Positions 10,365 to 21,900 of a stretch of DNA of 64,000 bases are shown piece by piece. The DNA is taken from assembly GCA_018304465.1 (NCBI GenBank), contig JAGVWC010000009.1:125696-189695 (forward strand). The letters are read 5' to 3'. The notes under the pieces were generated by a model. The model was not told where the DNA came from. It made no database searches and saw only the letters and a list, made by a program, of their open reading frames with translations. This stretch comes from Candidatus Iainarchaeum sp. (GTDB taxonomy: Archaea; Iainarchaeota; Iainarchaeia; Iainarchaeales; JAGVWC01). A program made the translations under genes and the position numbers. Numbering within the stretch: the first letter of the stretch is position 1; each line of letters starts with the position of its first letter.

Positions 10365-13300
10365 ATGGGCCTTGGGGATTCGGTTAAAAGTTTTTACCTG
10401 TCATTGGAAGACAAATACTATTCGGGCCTTGATTGGCTGGACTCCAAAGGAGTTCCCGTGTACGGCGTGGTCGACGCGATCGAGTCGGCCAATATTCCAA
10501 GTTTTCCGATTTTCGCTTTGCTCGTGCTCGTGATTTTAGCCGGAATTGGATTCGTATTGATCGGCGGTTTTTCGCCGGCGGAATCAAACGTTTCTTTGTC
10601 GATTGTCGATGAAGAAAGCAACCCCGTGGCCGCGGCAACGGTGGCAGCCAAGATTCGTGATTCCACTGCGGATCCCAACTCGTTGATTTCGAATGTTGAA
10701 GGCGTAGTTACGTTTAAGGTTCCGTTCGGAACCATCGTGGATGTTACCGTCACCAAGGATGGTTTTGCCGAAGCCAAAGAATCGGTTTCTCCGAATACCG
10801 CGGAATTTTCGAAGACCATCGTGTTGTCCGAATCCCAATCGACGGACACGCGCGTGATCCGGATCGTGAACGCCGCGGATAACTCGGTGTACACGGCTCC
10901 CATTTCTTTGCGTTTTTCGTGCATCGGAAATTCGTCGTTTTCAAAAGAAGTGACGTCGCAAAACGGTCAGGTGACGGTGGATGGAATTCCAAAGAACTGC
11001 GGGTTGCTCGTGGCCGCGGTAAGCACTTCCGGTTTGTCGGTTGGAAGCGGTCAGATTGATTTGGCGGCGCCGTCGCCGGTCATTACGGTTTCGGAAGAAC
11101 AATTGATTACGGGAACCGTCAAAGTCGTGGTTGCCGGCGAAACCCAAAAAGCGCTTTCCAATATCAATGTGCGCTTGTTAAAACAAAACGGACAGTCCTT
11201 GGGTTCGCAGTCTACGGGAGAAACGGGGATTGTTTCGTTTGAAAAGGTTCCGATCGGAAAATATTTCGTGCGCGCAACGGATCTGGGTTCTCCCGCGCGT
11301 TTTGCCGAGTTTGATTCTTCCGTCAAAGGAACCATCAAAGACGTTTTGGAAAACCAGTCCACCGAATTCGCGGTGACGATGGAAGAAAAAGTCCTTGGAA
11401 AAATCAAGTTGTTGGTGCGCGATTCGGAGTCTTTGCAGCCGGTTTCGAATGTATCCGTCACGTTGTACAAGGACAAAACCGAATTGGATGTCAAAAGCAC
11501 GGGTAGCGACGGCAAAGTCGAATTTTCCGTGGGAGACACGGCGCCGGTATACGGATTGAAACTGGATCATCAGAGTTATTTGATTGCAACAAAAGCGTCT
11601 GTGGGCGCGTCCGATTCCGTGCAAGAAGTGTTGCTTGAAAAACTCACGAGCGAAAACGGGAACAGCACTGAAGTATCCGTGGTCGATCAGACGAACCAAC
11701 CGGTTGAAAACGTCAAGGTCGTGTTGAAGAAACTGGACGGAACGATCGCAAGCGAAGTACTCGTCACGGGTAGCACCGGAAAAGCGCGTTTTTCGCGTCT
11801 TGTTCCCGACACGTATTATGCGTTTGTTTCAAAAGAAGGAATCGGAGAAAACAATTCCGACAGTGTGGCGGTCACGGACCGGCAGTTATCCAAGATTTTG
11901 GTAGCGCTTGAAATCGGTTCGGGTGACTTTGAAGTCACGGTGCTCGACGCGGGGTTACAGCCGTTAAGCGGCGCGACCGTCAAAGCGATTGATCTTTATT
12001 CGCAAGCAGTGCTGGCCACGCAGTCTTCGCAGTCGGATGGAAAAGCGAAGTTTTCGATTCGAACCGACAAACGCGTGTTTTTTGAAGTGACCGCGCCTGG
12101 ATTTGCGTCGTTTTACACGGTCTCGTTGTCGCCGCAAAACGGAGCCACGCGTTTTGTGGTCAGCCAACTGGTCGCCGACATCGCCAAATTGGAAGTCCGC
12201 TGGCTTGGGCTTGCGGTTGGGGAAGAACAAGTGGCGGAAGACAGTTCCACGCCGCCGTTAAAAGCGGGTGAAAAATACACCGCACGATTGTTGCTATTGA
12301 TTCCAAAAGACACGCAACTGGACGAAGCCGGCGTGCATGTGCGCACCGGCAAAAGCGACGTTGAAGCCGTCAATGTGTTGGAAAGCGATTATTTGTTTAT
12401 TTCAAGAATCAATTCCGCGGCGACAGGCATGATTCGTGGAACCACGTTTTCGCCTCCCACGGGTTATGCGGAGGATTCGACGCATTTGACCACCGGAGAT
12501 TCGAAATGGGCGAACATGGTGTTTTCGCGTCCGAAAGGCGGCGCGTACCAAATCGAAGCCGAAATCGTGGTGCGCGACAATACGCCGCTTGGAACCACTT
12601 TGGAAATCAATTATCGCGGTTGGGGAAAAACCGGTTCGTACGTGCGGTTCCCGACGGATCGGGTGTTGGGCGAAAACGAATCCGCGCAGGGAAAACAAGC
12701 CTTGTACGCGGTGACGAACACCAAGCTTTACAGCGTGGGGCCTTCGAGTTTGTGCAGCGGAAGCTTTTGCACGGTCATTTCGATTCAGGATTTGTCCCAG
12801 GACCTGCAGACCGGTGTCTTTGATTCGTTTCCGGCAAAGCCTTTGACGGATTACAAATTGTTTTTTACCATTATCAACAATGGTTCCGCGGCGTTTGGAA
12901 ACGCGCAAGTCGAGGTTTCGACCCAGACCGGCGGATTGGTGTTTGACGAGTACCAGATCACGGATTCGGCGGGTCAACGCGCCAGCGGAAACGCAAGCGG
13001 CGCGGGTTCGTTTAGTGTTCCGGTGAACGATTTCACGCAAAGCTCGACGATTTTCGGAAACGTGGTTTTTTCCACGGCCAGCGAAGGCATCACGCGGTTG
13101 TTGATCACGGTCAAGAGTTCATCGTCCGGCGTGTTCCAAAAAGCGATCGATCTTGAAGTCGAACCCTTGCGCGACATGAACATCGACGTGTTGCCCAAGA
13201 ACATCGTTTCGTTCCTAAACAATGATTTGCTGGTGCGGGCAACCGACCGGAATTCCGAATCCGGCATTCCGAATGTTTCGATCGAAATTTTCCAAAACGA

Positions 13301-16300
13301 CTTTCGGATCGCGTCCGGTGTCACGGACGGAAGCGGCGTGTTTCGAAAAACCTTGCAGGCGCCGTCGCCGGGAAGCGTTTTCGTGCTGAAAGCCAAAAAA
13401 CCGGGGTACAAAACCGTGGAACAGCAATTGAAGGTGTCGCCTTCGATTTTGGACGTGGTTCCAAGTTCAATCGAGGAAACCCTGACGACCGTGGGATTGT
13501 TTAGCCTTCAAAAAGAATTGATTATCACGAATCGCACGGCGTTGGATTTGACGATTCGCGAAATTCGTTTCAACAACGATTTTAACCGCCTGGTGCGCGG
13601 ACGCTTAAGCCAGAATTACGCGGGCCAAAAACTTTCCCAGGGCATCGATTCGAACGTGTTCGTGATCATTGAATTGACGGACGACGGAAAACGCTTGTTG
13701 CAACGCCAAGACGTGCATGGAACCTTGACGATTTACGTGTCGGATGCCGAGAACACGGCGACGTGGGCCAATGAAATTCCCGTGACGGTTCACATCGGGT
13801 TTGGCGGCGAAGTCCTCGAACCCAAATGTTTGATTATTTCTCCCGATAAAACCGAAGTGTTTTCGTTTGGAAACGCGGTGACCACGCAGGTATTGGTCGC
13901 GAACAAGTGCCGCGCGGACGCGAGTTTCGTTCCGTTGCAAAACCTTGAAGCCAAAGTCTCGTGGAAAGGAACCGGAAACGAAATCGGGTTGTTCGGTCTT
14001 GCGTCGACCGGCGAAACATCGGCAAGCGAAGAAAGCGCTTCTTTTGCGGGACTTTCCCCAAGCAACGGCGCATACTTGTCCGGAGTCGCGCGTTTTGATG
14101 CCGGCGCCACGCTGTCCAAGATTTATCGTACCACGTTGGAAGCCTTGAATCCGAATACTGAAAACGCGTTTGATTTGACGTTTGCGCCAAAACCCGGAAT
14201 CGCGGGCGGTTCTGGCATTGCCGTGATCACGTTTCGAGCGCATCATCCCGCGAACAACGGCGAAGAACTCTTGTCGGGTTCGATCGAAGTACCAGTCAAT
14301 GTCAATGATTTGTTGCGTTGCATCGAAATCGACCGCACCCAGCGTTTAACGGTGCAGTCCACGCCGCCGGGAATCGGCTACGGAATTTACGATCAATTCG
14401 GATACGGCGGTTCCACGAACCAAGGATTCGGCCGGTTCGATTACCAAGGCGCTCAGAATTATTACGGCGGTTACAACAACGGAACCTTGGGAACCGGTGT
14501 GTACGGCGGCTATGGCCCCGGAAACGTAACGGTTCCGCCGGTCGGAGGCGCCAGCAACGCAAACCCGACGTTGGTGGATTATCCCGAACGCGTGCAGGCA
14601 TTCAATTATCCGTACGCGGGTTACTCCGAACCGTTTTACGATACCTTGTCCCCGTACCAGGGAACCTCGTTTGGAATGCCGTTCAATTACAGCAACGCGT
14701 GGAGAGGACAAACGAACTTTTTCACGGTGCGAAACAATTGTTCGATTCCGGTGCAAATCCAGTTGAGTCCGGATCCGGAATTGTTGGTGGACAACGCCAA
14801 GTTTTCGTTGTCGCCCGGAAACGATCAGCGCGTGGAGATCCAGAGTTCGAACTATTACGGCTCTTACCGGATTAATGTGGCCGGAAAAGCCGAAACCGGA
14901 ACCGATTTGCCGAGAAAAATCGCGTCGTTAAACGTGGACGTGATGCCCGCGGATGATCCGAGCCGTTACCGCGATTGCATCAAGCTTTCCACGACGCGAT
15001 TCATGTTCAATGATTTGGTGCAACGACCCGTGACCGCCAAAGTATTCAATTCGTGTTTTGGCCAAGGCGTGCGATTGGATTATGATTCCGTGACGTTTAG
15101 CAACCAAGCGTACGGAGAAATCCAGGCGCAATCCGAAGGCGTGAATGGTTTGATTCAAGGCGTGCAAGTCATTGATTTGAGCACGCGACGCATGAGCGGC
15201 AACCAGGCGCAGCAAGTGCTTGAATTCGAGATTTACAAGAATCTTTCGTATCGCACCCAACCGGGTTTTCCATATCAGCAAGCCCCGCAAGACGATTTGT
15301 ACGGTTTGCGCATCATGGCAACCCAAGCCTATAATCGCGTGCAGTCACCGGGAAGCCTCGTGGTCCGGTACATGACGCCGGAAGGAATGACGCAACAAAA
15401 AGCGTTTCGCGTGACACTCGAAGACCAATGGAACCTCCTCAACATGCTTCCGATGTTTTCGCTTGGAAACCCCTATATTCATCCCCAGCAATGCCTGGTT
15501 GAAAAAGCATTGGATTTCGGCAGTTGTTTGACGGATTCAGATTTTGCGGGAAAAAACACGTATTCATATAGTGCGCGCCGCGTTTTGAATGTCGGCGGTT
15601 CCCAAGGCGGCACGGGAACAGGCTATGGCGGCGTCGGTTCGATGTATCCGTATTCGCCGTACGCAAACCCCGCCATGGTCGGAAACCCGTCGTATGGATA
15701 CAATCCATATGGCACAAGCCCGATCGGTGGCTATTCGGGCGCTCAAGACCCGTATTTGGGGAACACGTTCCAGCCCAGCAACGCTCCCAATGCGCTGGTT
15801 CAACCGTATCCGTACTATAATCCGTCGCCAACGGTCTCCGGTTATCCGAATGGTCAATTCGGCGGACAAGCGAACATGTGCGGAAGCGTTGATTCTTTGA
15901 TCTTAAGCGGAAAAGAACAGGGATCCGTCATAACCAAGGATGGTTTGCGCGTCACCGTGGCGGTTGCAACCGAAGGCGGCGTCGGAGGCGCGAACGCCGT
16001 GCGCGTCACCGTGGACAGGTCCAATGTCAAGGCGGGTCGCATTGAAGTCAATGAAACCCTACGCGCCCAGGTACGGCGACAAACCCCGCTTGGAACGTAT
16101 GATATTTCTCTTCCGTTACGCGTATGCGTGGAATTTAAGCAAGGCGGAACTGGAACCGGTACGCCGACTCCTGGCGGTGGCGCGATTTTGGGTCCTGATG
16201 GAATCGTTCCGGGTTCAACGCCACCCGTGGCATGCGACGAGGCAAGCCAGCAAACCGGTCCGGGTGCGTTTGACAAGGCGCGTTTTTACATGCTAAAACT

Positions 16301-18179
16301 CGATTGGAAATACGATTCGATTGCGGCCGAACAATGCAATTATGTCAGCGGCCAGAAATCGGACAAACAAAACAACTTTTGCGACGGCGTACAGCATTTG
16401 GCGGCCTTGACCAAGAAAGTCAAAGCGATTCGCGAAACCGTGTCGGCGAACGAAGCCAAATTCAATTCTGAGGAAACCATGAAAAAAGTATACGGAATCA
16501 CGGAGGACACAAAGCTTTCCGAGTACAAGATTTCCAGTCGATTGCCGCAATGGATGATCGAACACGTGATCATCAATCAGGACGTCGTGTTTAATGCCGG
16601 CAAGTTCCAATGGGTATCCGACAAAACCAAAACGAAACCCATGGCGTACATGGTCAGCAAGAAATCGGACGAGTTGCTGGTGAAAGGCGCGGTCAGTTCC
16701 GAGATGTTTACGCGCGTGAAAGCATTGAACGAAGTCACGAACAAGACGCCGAATCCCGAGACCTTTGGCGTGATTGTGTCCAAAATGAGCGAAGCCTTGA
16801 CGGGTTTGGCCGCGCTTCCCGCGGATTCCGACAAAATCGTTTTGTTGTTTGAAAAAAAACCCGAATTGGATGGACTATTGCCAAAATTGGGAGCGGATTT
16901 GGTTTCGATCAAGGACACGCAGTTCTATGCCTTGACCCTAAACGAATACGGGTTGTTCCACCAGCAATTGGCCGCGGTTTTGGACCTGGATAAAAAACAA
17001 TCCGCGGACATCCAGATCGGAGACACCACGGTGAACGTGACGAACGCGGCAATGCAATCGATGCTGGCCAACATCAAGGTGTTGTCCGCGGTGGAAGAAG
17101 GCGAAGGATCCGAATACACGTATTTCGCGTACAAGAACGGAAAATTGCGAAAAGAGCTCGAAGGATCCAAGATCGACCTTGAAAAGTTTTTCGAAACCTT
17201 CGTATTGGCGCAGACATTGCTGATCAAGGATAATTATTCCCAGCAATTAAAGGATAATTTCCAGTCCGCTTACCAAGGCGCGTTCGGATCCGAGAAAGAC
17301 ACGGATTATTTGAACGTGAAAAACTGGGAGTTTGAATCCCCGCAATTAAGCCAAAGCGGCGTGTACATGACCATGATCGAATACAACTGGGCGGACAGCC
17401 AAAAGCCCCTCAAGATCGGAATCACCAAGGATACGAGCGCGGTTCCCCAAGACGTGGCGGACGCCGTGGCCAACAATCCGTTGTTTTCCATGCCATTTGA
17501 CGTTTTGACAGTTCCGGGAACGGATTTCGGAACGGGAACCAGCGAACAATTCTTGATCGCGGCGCAAACCCGCTCGAACGTGACGGGCCAAACCATGGTC
17601 GCAAGCCAAGTCAAGAAACTCGGGGACGCAAAACTGCACTCGGGCGTTTTGTTTGAATTAAACCAGAACAACCTCGTGTTCGCGCCTTCGGTAGCGTACG
17701 CGTTTTCACAGACCCAAGCCGGCGAAACCGGTTTGCTTTACGAAGTCAAGATGGGCGGCAATTCGGCTCCGGCGATTCGTTGGAGTTCAGGTGAAGGCGG
17801 ATTGGGAACGCCGAAAAGCATTTGCGGCATCACGGGCGACAATCAGTATTATCTGGTGAAAGGACAATCGACCGCCGGAACATTGTTTTTGCCAGCGGAA
17901 GCGACTCCGGCCAGCGTGCGATTGATTTGTACGCAAAACACGGCTTCGCTTTCCGGAAAAAAATTCGAGTTCAAGAACGGCATCGTGGCCCCTAGCGCAT
18001 TAACCGGTGTTTCGACGACCAAGGATTCGAAAGCCAATAACGCGATGGATTTGGGGTTGTCCAGCGCTTCCGCGGTTTCTTTGTACGACATGGTCCAGGG
18101 AATCCGGTCGGGTTACGTGTGCATTTCTTCTTCTGGCGGATCCATGACCATGCATTGGAACGCAAAGCAGATCAAGTAA
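10365..18179 (+). CDS. Giant (2604 aa) membrane-anchored surface protein, paralog 2
   Basis: N-terminal LEDKYY..LD.L.SKG.PVY.VVD.I motif plus a TM helix, repeated V.D....PV.N..V.L Ig-like domains, two Y/G/P-rich inserts, and conserved FCDGVQH and C-terminal GYVC...HWNAK motifs. Confidence 0.9.
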   Translation: MGLGDSVKSFYLSLEDKYYSGLDWLDSKGVPVYGVVDAIESANIPSFPIFALLVLVILAGIGFVLIGGFSPAESNVSLSIVDEESNPVAAATVAAKIRDSTADPNSLISNVEGVVTFKVPFGTIVDVTVTKDGFAEAKESVSPNTAEFSKTIVLSESQSTDTRVIRIVNAADNSVYTAPISLRFSCIGNSSFSKEVTSQNGQVTVDGIPKNCGLLVAAVSTSGLSVGSGQIDLAAPSPVITVSEEQLITGTVKVVVAGETQKALSNINVRLLKQNGQSLGSQSTGETGIVSFEKVPIGKYFVRATDLGSPARFAEFDSSVKGTIKDVLENQSTEFAVTMEEKVLGKIKLLVRDSESLQPVSNVSVTLYKDKTELDVKSTGSDGKVEFSVGDTAPVYGLKLDHQSYLIATKASVGASDSVQEVLLEKLTSENGNSTEVSVVDQTNQPVENVKVVLKKLDGTIASEVLVTGSTGKARFSRLVPDTYYAFVSKEGIGENNSDSVAVTDRQLSKILVALEIGSGDFEVTVLDAGLQPLSGATVKAIDLYSQAVLATQSSQSDGKAKFSIRTDKRVFFEVTAPGFASFYTVSLSPQNGATRFVVSQLVADIAKLEVRWLGLAVGEEQVAEDSSTPPLKAGEKYTARLLLLIPKDTQLDEAGVHVRTGKSDVEAVNVLESDYLFISRINSAATGMIRGTTFSPPTGYAEDSTHLTTGDSKWANMVFSRPKGGAYQIEAEIVVRDNTPLGTTLEINYRGWGKTGSYVRFPTDRVLGENESAQGKQALYAVTNTKLYSVGPSSLCSGSFCTVISIQDLSQDLQTGVFDSFPAKPLTDYKLFFTIINNGSAAFGNAQVEVSTQTGGLVFDEYQITDSAGQRASGNASGAGSFSVPVNDFTQSSTIFGNVVFSTASEGITRLLITVKSSSSGVFQKAIDLEVEPLRDMNIDVLPKNIVSFLNNDLLVRATDRNSESGIPNVSIEIFQNDFRIASGVTDGSGVFRKTLQAPSPGSVFVLKAKKPGYKTVEQQLKVSPSILDVVPSSIEETLTTVGLFSLQKELIITNRTALDLTIREIRFNNDFNRLVRGRLSQNYAGQKLSQGIDSNVFVIIELTDDGKRLLQRQDVHGTLTIYVSDAENTATWANEIPVTVHIGFGGEVLEPKCLIISPDKTEVFSFGNAVTTQVLVANKCRADASFVPLQNLEAKVSWKGTGNEIGLFGLASTGETSASEESASFAGLSPSNGAYLSGVARFDAGATLSKIYRTTLEALNPNTENAFDLTFAPKPGIAGGSGIAVITFRAHHPANNGEELLSGSIEVPVNVNDLLRCIEIDRTQRLTVQSTPPGIGYGIYDQFGYGGSTNQGFGRFDYQGAQNYYGGYNNGTLGTGVYGGYGPGNVTVPPVGGASNANPTLVDYPERVQAFNYPYAGYSEPFYDTLSPYQGTSFGMPFNYSNAWRGQTNFFTVRNNCSIPVQIQLSPDPELLVDNAKFSLSPGNDQRVEIQSSNYYGSYRINVAGKAETGTDLPRKIASLNVDVMPADDPSRYRDCIKLSTTRFMFNDLVQRPVTAKVFNSCFGQGVRLDYDSVTFSNQAYGEIQAQSEGVNGLIQGVQVIDLSTRRMSGNQAQQVLEFEIYKNLSYRTQPGFPYQQAPQDDLYGLRIMATQAYNRVQSPGSLVVRYMTPEGMTQQKAFRVTLEDQWNLLNMLPMFSLGNPYIHPQQCLVEKALDFGSCLTDSDFAGKNTYSYSARRVLNVGGSQGGTGTGYGGVGSMYPYSPYANPAMVGNPSYGYNPYGTSPIGGYSGAQDPYLGNTFQPSNAPNALVQPYPYYNPSPTVSGYPNGQFGGQANMCGSVDSLILSGKEQGSVITKDGLRVTVAVATEGGVGGANAVRVTVDRSNVKAGRIEVNETLRAQVRRQTPLGTYDISLPLRVCVEFKQGGTGTGTPTPGGGAILGPDGIVPGSTPPVACDEASQQTGPGAFDKARFYMLKLDWKYDSIAAEQCNYVSGQKSDKQNNFCDGVQHLAALTKKVKAIRETVSANEAKFNSEETMKKVYGITEDTKLSEYKISSRLPQWMIEHVIINQDVVFNAGKFQWVSDKTKTKPMAYMVSKKSDELLVKGAVSSEMFTRVKALNEVTNKTPNPETFGVIVSKMSEALTGLAALPADSDKIVLLFEKKPELDGLLPKLGADLVSIKDTQFYALTLNEYGLFHQQLAAVLDLDKKQSADIQIGDTTVNVTNAAMQSMLANIKVLSAVEEGEGSEYTYFAYKNGKLRKELEGSKIDLEKFFETFVLAQTLLIKDNYSQQLKDNFQSAYQGAFGSEKDTDYLNVKNWEFESPQLSQSGVYMTMIEYNWADSQKPLKIGITKDTSAVPQDVADAVANNPLFSMPFDVLTVPGTDFGTGTSEQFLIAAQTRSNVTGQTMVASQVKKLGDAKLHSGVLFELNQNNLVFAPSVAYAFSQTQAGETGLLYEVKMGGNSAPAIRWSSGEGGLGTPKSICGITGDNQYYLVKGQSTAGTLFLPAEATPASVRLICTQNTASLSGKKFEFKNGIVAPSALTGVSTTKDSKANNAMDLGLSSASAVSLYDMVQGIRSGYVCISSSGGSMTMHWNAKQIK

Positions 18180-18246
18180 GCCAACAGGCTTTTATAGTTC
18201 TTTTTGCCTTTATTTCCACACATACGCGTGTCCAAAAGGGTTTTTC

Positions 18247-18852
18247 ATGGTTGAACGATCGGATTTGATGGTTTCTTTTTTGGTGGCATTCGCGTTCTGG
18301 ATGGTGGCCCGCGTGGTTGCCGTTATCGGACATTGGGAATACTCCTTGTTTTCGATTTCCACTCCGACCATGATCGGATTGGTGTTGATGGGAATCGTTG
18401 CGGTTTTTTTCTCGTCGCTTTTGTTTGGCCGCACGGTGTTCTTGACGTTTTTTTTGCTTGGAGTCATGACCAGTCCTGTGATTGGTTATTCCTCGGTGTT
18501 TCTTAATATCGCAGTCGGCGTCGCCTTGTCATTGGCAGGAGTCGTGGGCGTGTTGCTGGGGCAAAAGATTTCCGCGGATTTGCAGGAAGACGACCCATTG
18601 AAATTCAAGGACAAAGGGTTGATTCTTTTGGTGGTTGCAAGCGTAGTGTTGTGTGTTGGCGTCGGATTTTTTTCCGAACACATTAATTCGTTTAATGAAA
18701 AATCCCTTTCCGTGGCACGCGATGTGCGAGACGGAAAAATCGATTGGGTCAGCGCGGTCGCGCGTTTGGCGGGAACGGATTATAACTCAGCCATGACCCC
18801 GGATCCGAATGGGGCGGCTTTTGATCCAAACCAACTTCCGGGGCGTTCCTGA
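18247..18852 (+). CDS. Integral membrane protein (about 5 TM), unknown function
   Basis: Several hydrophobic segments; lies co-oriented between two giant paralogs. Confidence 0.75.
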   Translation: MVERSDLMVSFLVAFAFWMVARVVAVIGHWEYSLFSISTPTMIGLVLMGIVAVFFSSLLFGRTVFLTFFLLGVMTSPVIGYSSVFLNIAVGVALSLAGVVGVLLGQKISADLQEDDPLKFKDKGLILLVVASVVLCVGVGFFSEHINSFNEKSLSVARDVRDGKIDWVSAVARLAGTDYNSAMTPDPNGAAFDPNQLPGRS

Positions 18853-18919
18853 GCCGAATTTTGAGCATATATTAATAAATACAAAAATCATAATTTCGTA
18901 GCGTTAGCGAGGGGACCGA

Positions 18920-21900
18920 ATGGGTATTGTGGATGGGATTCGCGGAGTCTACTTCTCGCTGGAAGATCGATATTATTCTTTTCTGGATGCATTGGAGTCC
19001 AAAGGAATTCCGGTGTACAAAGTCGTGGATCCAATTGATTCCGTGGTTCCGTCGTTTCCGTTATTTGTATTGATTGTTCTTTTGTTGCTGGGGGGATTGC
19101 TCTGGTTTTTGGTGTTGCCAAATCTTTCGTTTGGAAACGCGCAGTTAAACGTCAAGGTGCTGGATTTTTCGGATAGTCCGATTTCCGGGGCCTCGGTCAC
19201 CGTGATTCGAAACGGAACCCAGACCATTGGCGTATCCGACGCACTGGGAAAAACCGCGTTTGATTTTCCCAAAGGAAGCGAAATCGCCGTCTCGGTGTCG
19301 CGTGAAGGATTCGATAATTTTGAGGTGCCCGCTTTTGTTTTGTCCGAAAGCCGCGAAGTCACCGCGCGATTAAGCACGGCGGGAAGCGCTTCCGGCGAAG
19401 CCGTGATTCGAACGATTCGCCTGTTAAGCCAGTCCGGCCAGCCCTTGGTCGGCGAAGACATTACCGTTTCTTTTTCGTGTTCCAATTCCGCGGCAAATCC
19501 ACCGGCAGAAGTCACGGTGACGACCGGAGAAGTCAAAGTCACGGAACCCGGTAATTGCGGCGGTTTGGTGGCCCAAATTAGGTCCCGAAATTTCAAGGAA
19601 GTCGCGTCTTTTCCCGTGTCGCAACTGGTCAACACCGCGTATTTGATTTCGAATTCGGCGGCGTTGGAAGAAGACCGCGGAACCATTGAAGTGTTGGTGA
19701 CGGAAAACAATCAAGCCGTTTCCGATGGCTTGTCGATCGTATTGTATCCTTTTGAAAGCGATATTTCCGTGGACAGTGCGCCCGTGCAAAACGGAAAAGC
19801 CGTGTTTTCGAACGTGGCCTTCGGAAAGTACGTGGTGAAAAACCGCGGAACCAGTGATTTTGCTCCGACGTCGGCCACACTGACCTTGTCTTCCAAGCGT
19901 CAAACGGTTTCATTGGCATTGCAAAAAAACGTGGCCGGAAAAATTGTTGTCAAAGTGATTGATGCGGATACGCGAAAACCCGTTCCGAATTCGACGGTTT
20001 CCTTGCGCATCGGAAACGACGAAGTCGAGAAAAAAACCACGAGCGACGATGGAAATGGTTCGCTTGAGTTTTTCGTTCCGCGGGACACGACCTACAATGT
20101 GGGTGTGAGTCATCCGGATTATTGTTTCGAAACCAGATCGGACCTGGGAATCAACAAGAGTTATTCGATTGAATTGGAGCCGTTCACGGCGTCCTGCGGC
20201 GGAACCATTGTCGTAAAAGTCGTGGACCAGGAAGGCATTCCGGTACAAAACGCGTTGGTGTCATTGGCCAGCGAACAACAGTTTTTTCTTGGAGCGGGAC
20301 AAGAAATATCGGATTTGAACGGCGTCGCCCGTTTTGCGGGAATCAAAGCGGGAACCTACACCGCGTTTGCGTTTAAGGGAACCAGTTCCGGCTGGAGCGA
20401 TCCCAAGTTTTTCAACCGGAAAAAAGGCGAAACCGAACAAGTGGATTTGATTGCGACACTGCAGATTCCAAACGGAATCGTTCGAATCCAGGTCGTTGAC
20501 AAGGAAAACCGCCCGGTTCCGTTCGCGACGATTACGTTTGTGGACGCGTTTGACAATCAGATCGTAGGCGGAGGCGCAAAGCCGGCGGATTCCAACGGCG
20601 TGCTTTCATGGGAAACGCGCGCGGACAAAACCGTGTACGCCATTGTCGAAAAAGAAGGGTTCGCGTCCGTTGCATCCCAATGGATCGAAGTAAAGCCGTC
20701 CACGATCCAGGAAGAACAGGTTCAGTTGTTGCCCCCCATCACGCAGTTCGAAGTCGAGCTTGTGGGATTGTTTTCGGGAAATCTTTCCACGCCTCCCGCG
20801 GGAAGCCCGACCGCGAGTCTTGCGGCCGGACAGGAATACGTCGCGCGTTTTAGAATCAAGATTCCGTCGGATCGGTCGTTTTCTTCCGATCACCCGTTTA
20901 ACCAGGTCGGAATCCATGTGCGAACGGGAACCGAAGGCATCATGGAAAAAGATTTCATTTTCTTAAAAGAAACCAACGCGCCTTCGGCTTCCGTTGTGCG
21001 TTCCACGTCGTTTACCGGAAAATACGTTTCGGATCTTGCCGCGGTCACGAGTTCGGACGCCAAGTGGGCGAACATGACATGGACCCGACCGCGCGCCGAC
21101 GTCATCATGGCACAAATCGTGGTCAAAGTCAAGGAAAACGCGGCGCTTGGAAAAAAGCTCGATATTTTCTATCGTGCCTGGGGGGGCCAAAACGGCGATG
21201 TCGTGCGTGATCCCGCGGACCAGACGGGCGGCGGACAAGAATTGTATTCGGACGCCAAAGACGCGAGTTTTACGGTCGGCGTCGGCACGTTGTGCGACGA
21301 ACGGTTTTGTTTTGACGCAAGCATTTACGATCAGCGCGACGCGTTGCGCATGCCCGTGACGGATTCGTTCGCGGCGCGAAACCTAGAAAATTACACGTTA
21401 AGCTTCGCGATCGGAAACACGTCTAAAATGGATACGGATACGTACCGCAACGCGGAACTGCGGCTCGAAGCGATCGAGGAAAATTTGTTGTTTAAACAGT
21501 ACACGATTTTTGACGCGGCGTCCGAGGGAAGCAAACCGATTACGGGCACCGCGAATGCCGCGGCGTTGCCGCGAATTACGATTGGAGATCTTTCACCCGG
21601 CCGGCGGATTTCCGGAGACATCGCGTTTATGCCCAAAATCCCGGGAACACACACGATTGATTTTAGGATCGTGGACACGGATTTGGGCCAGATCGTGTTT
21701 TCCAAACAATTGTCGATTATTTCGATTGCGGACAACGATTTTGTCATCGTGGTTTCGCCGGAAAAGCTTTCGCCGGGAATCGAAAACCCGGTGATCATTA
21801 CCGTGACGGACAAAGTCACGGGTTTGCCGGTCAAAGACGCGTTTGTCCGGTTACGGGACAAATTCAAGAACATTTTGTCGACCAGCCAGACGAATTCGCT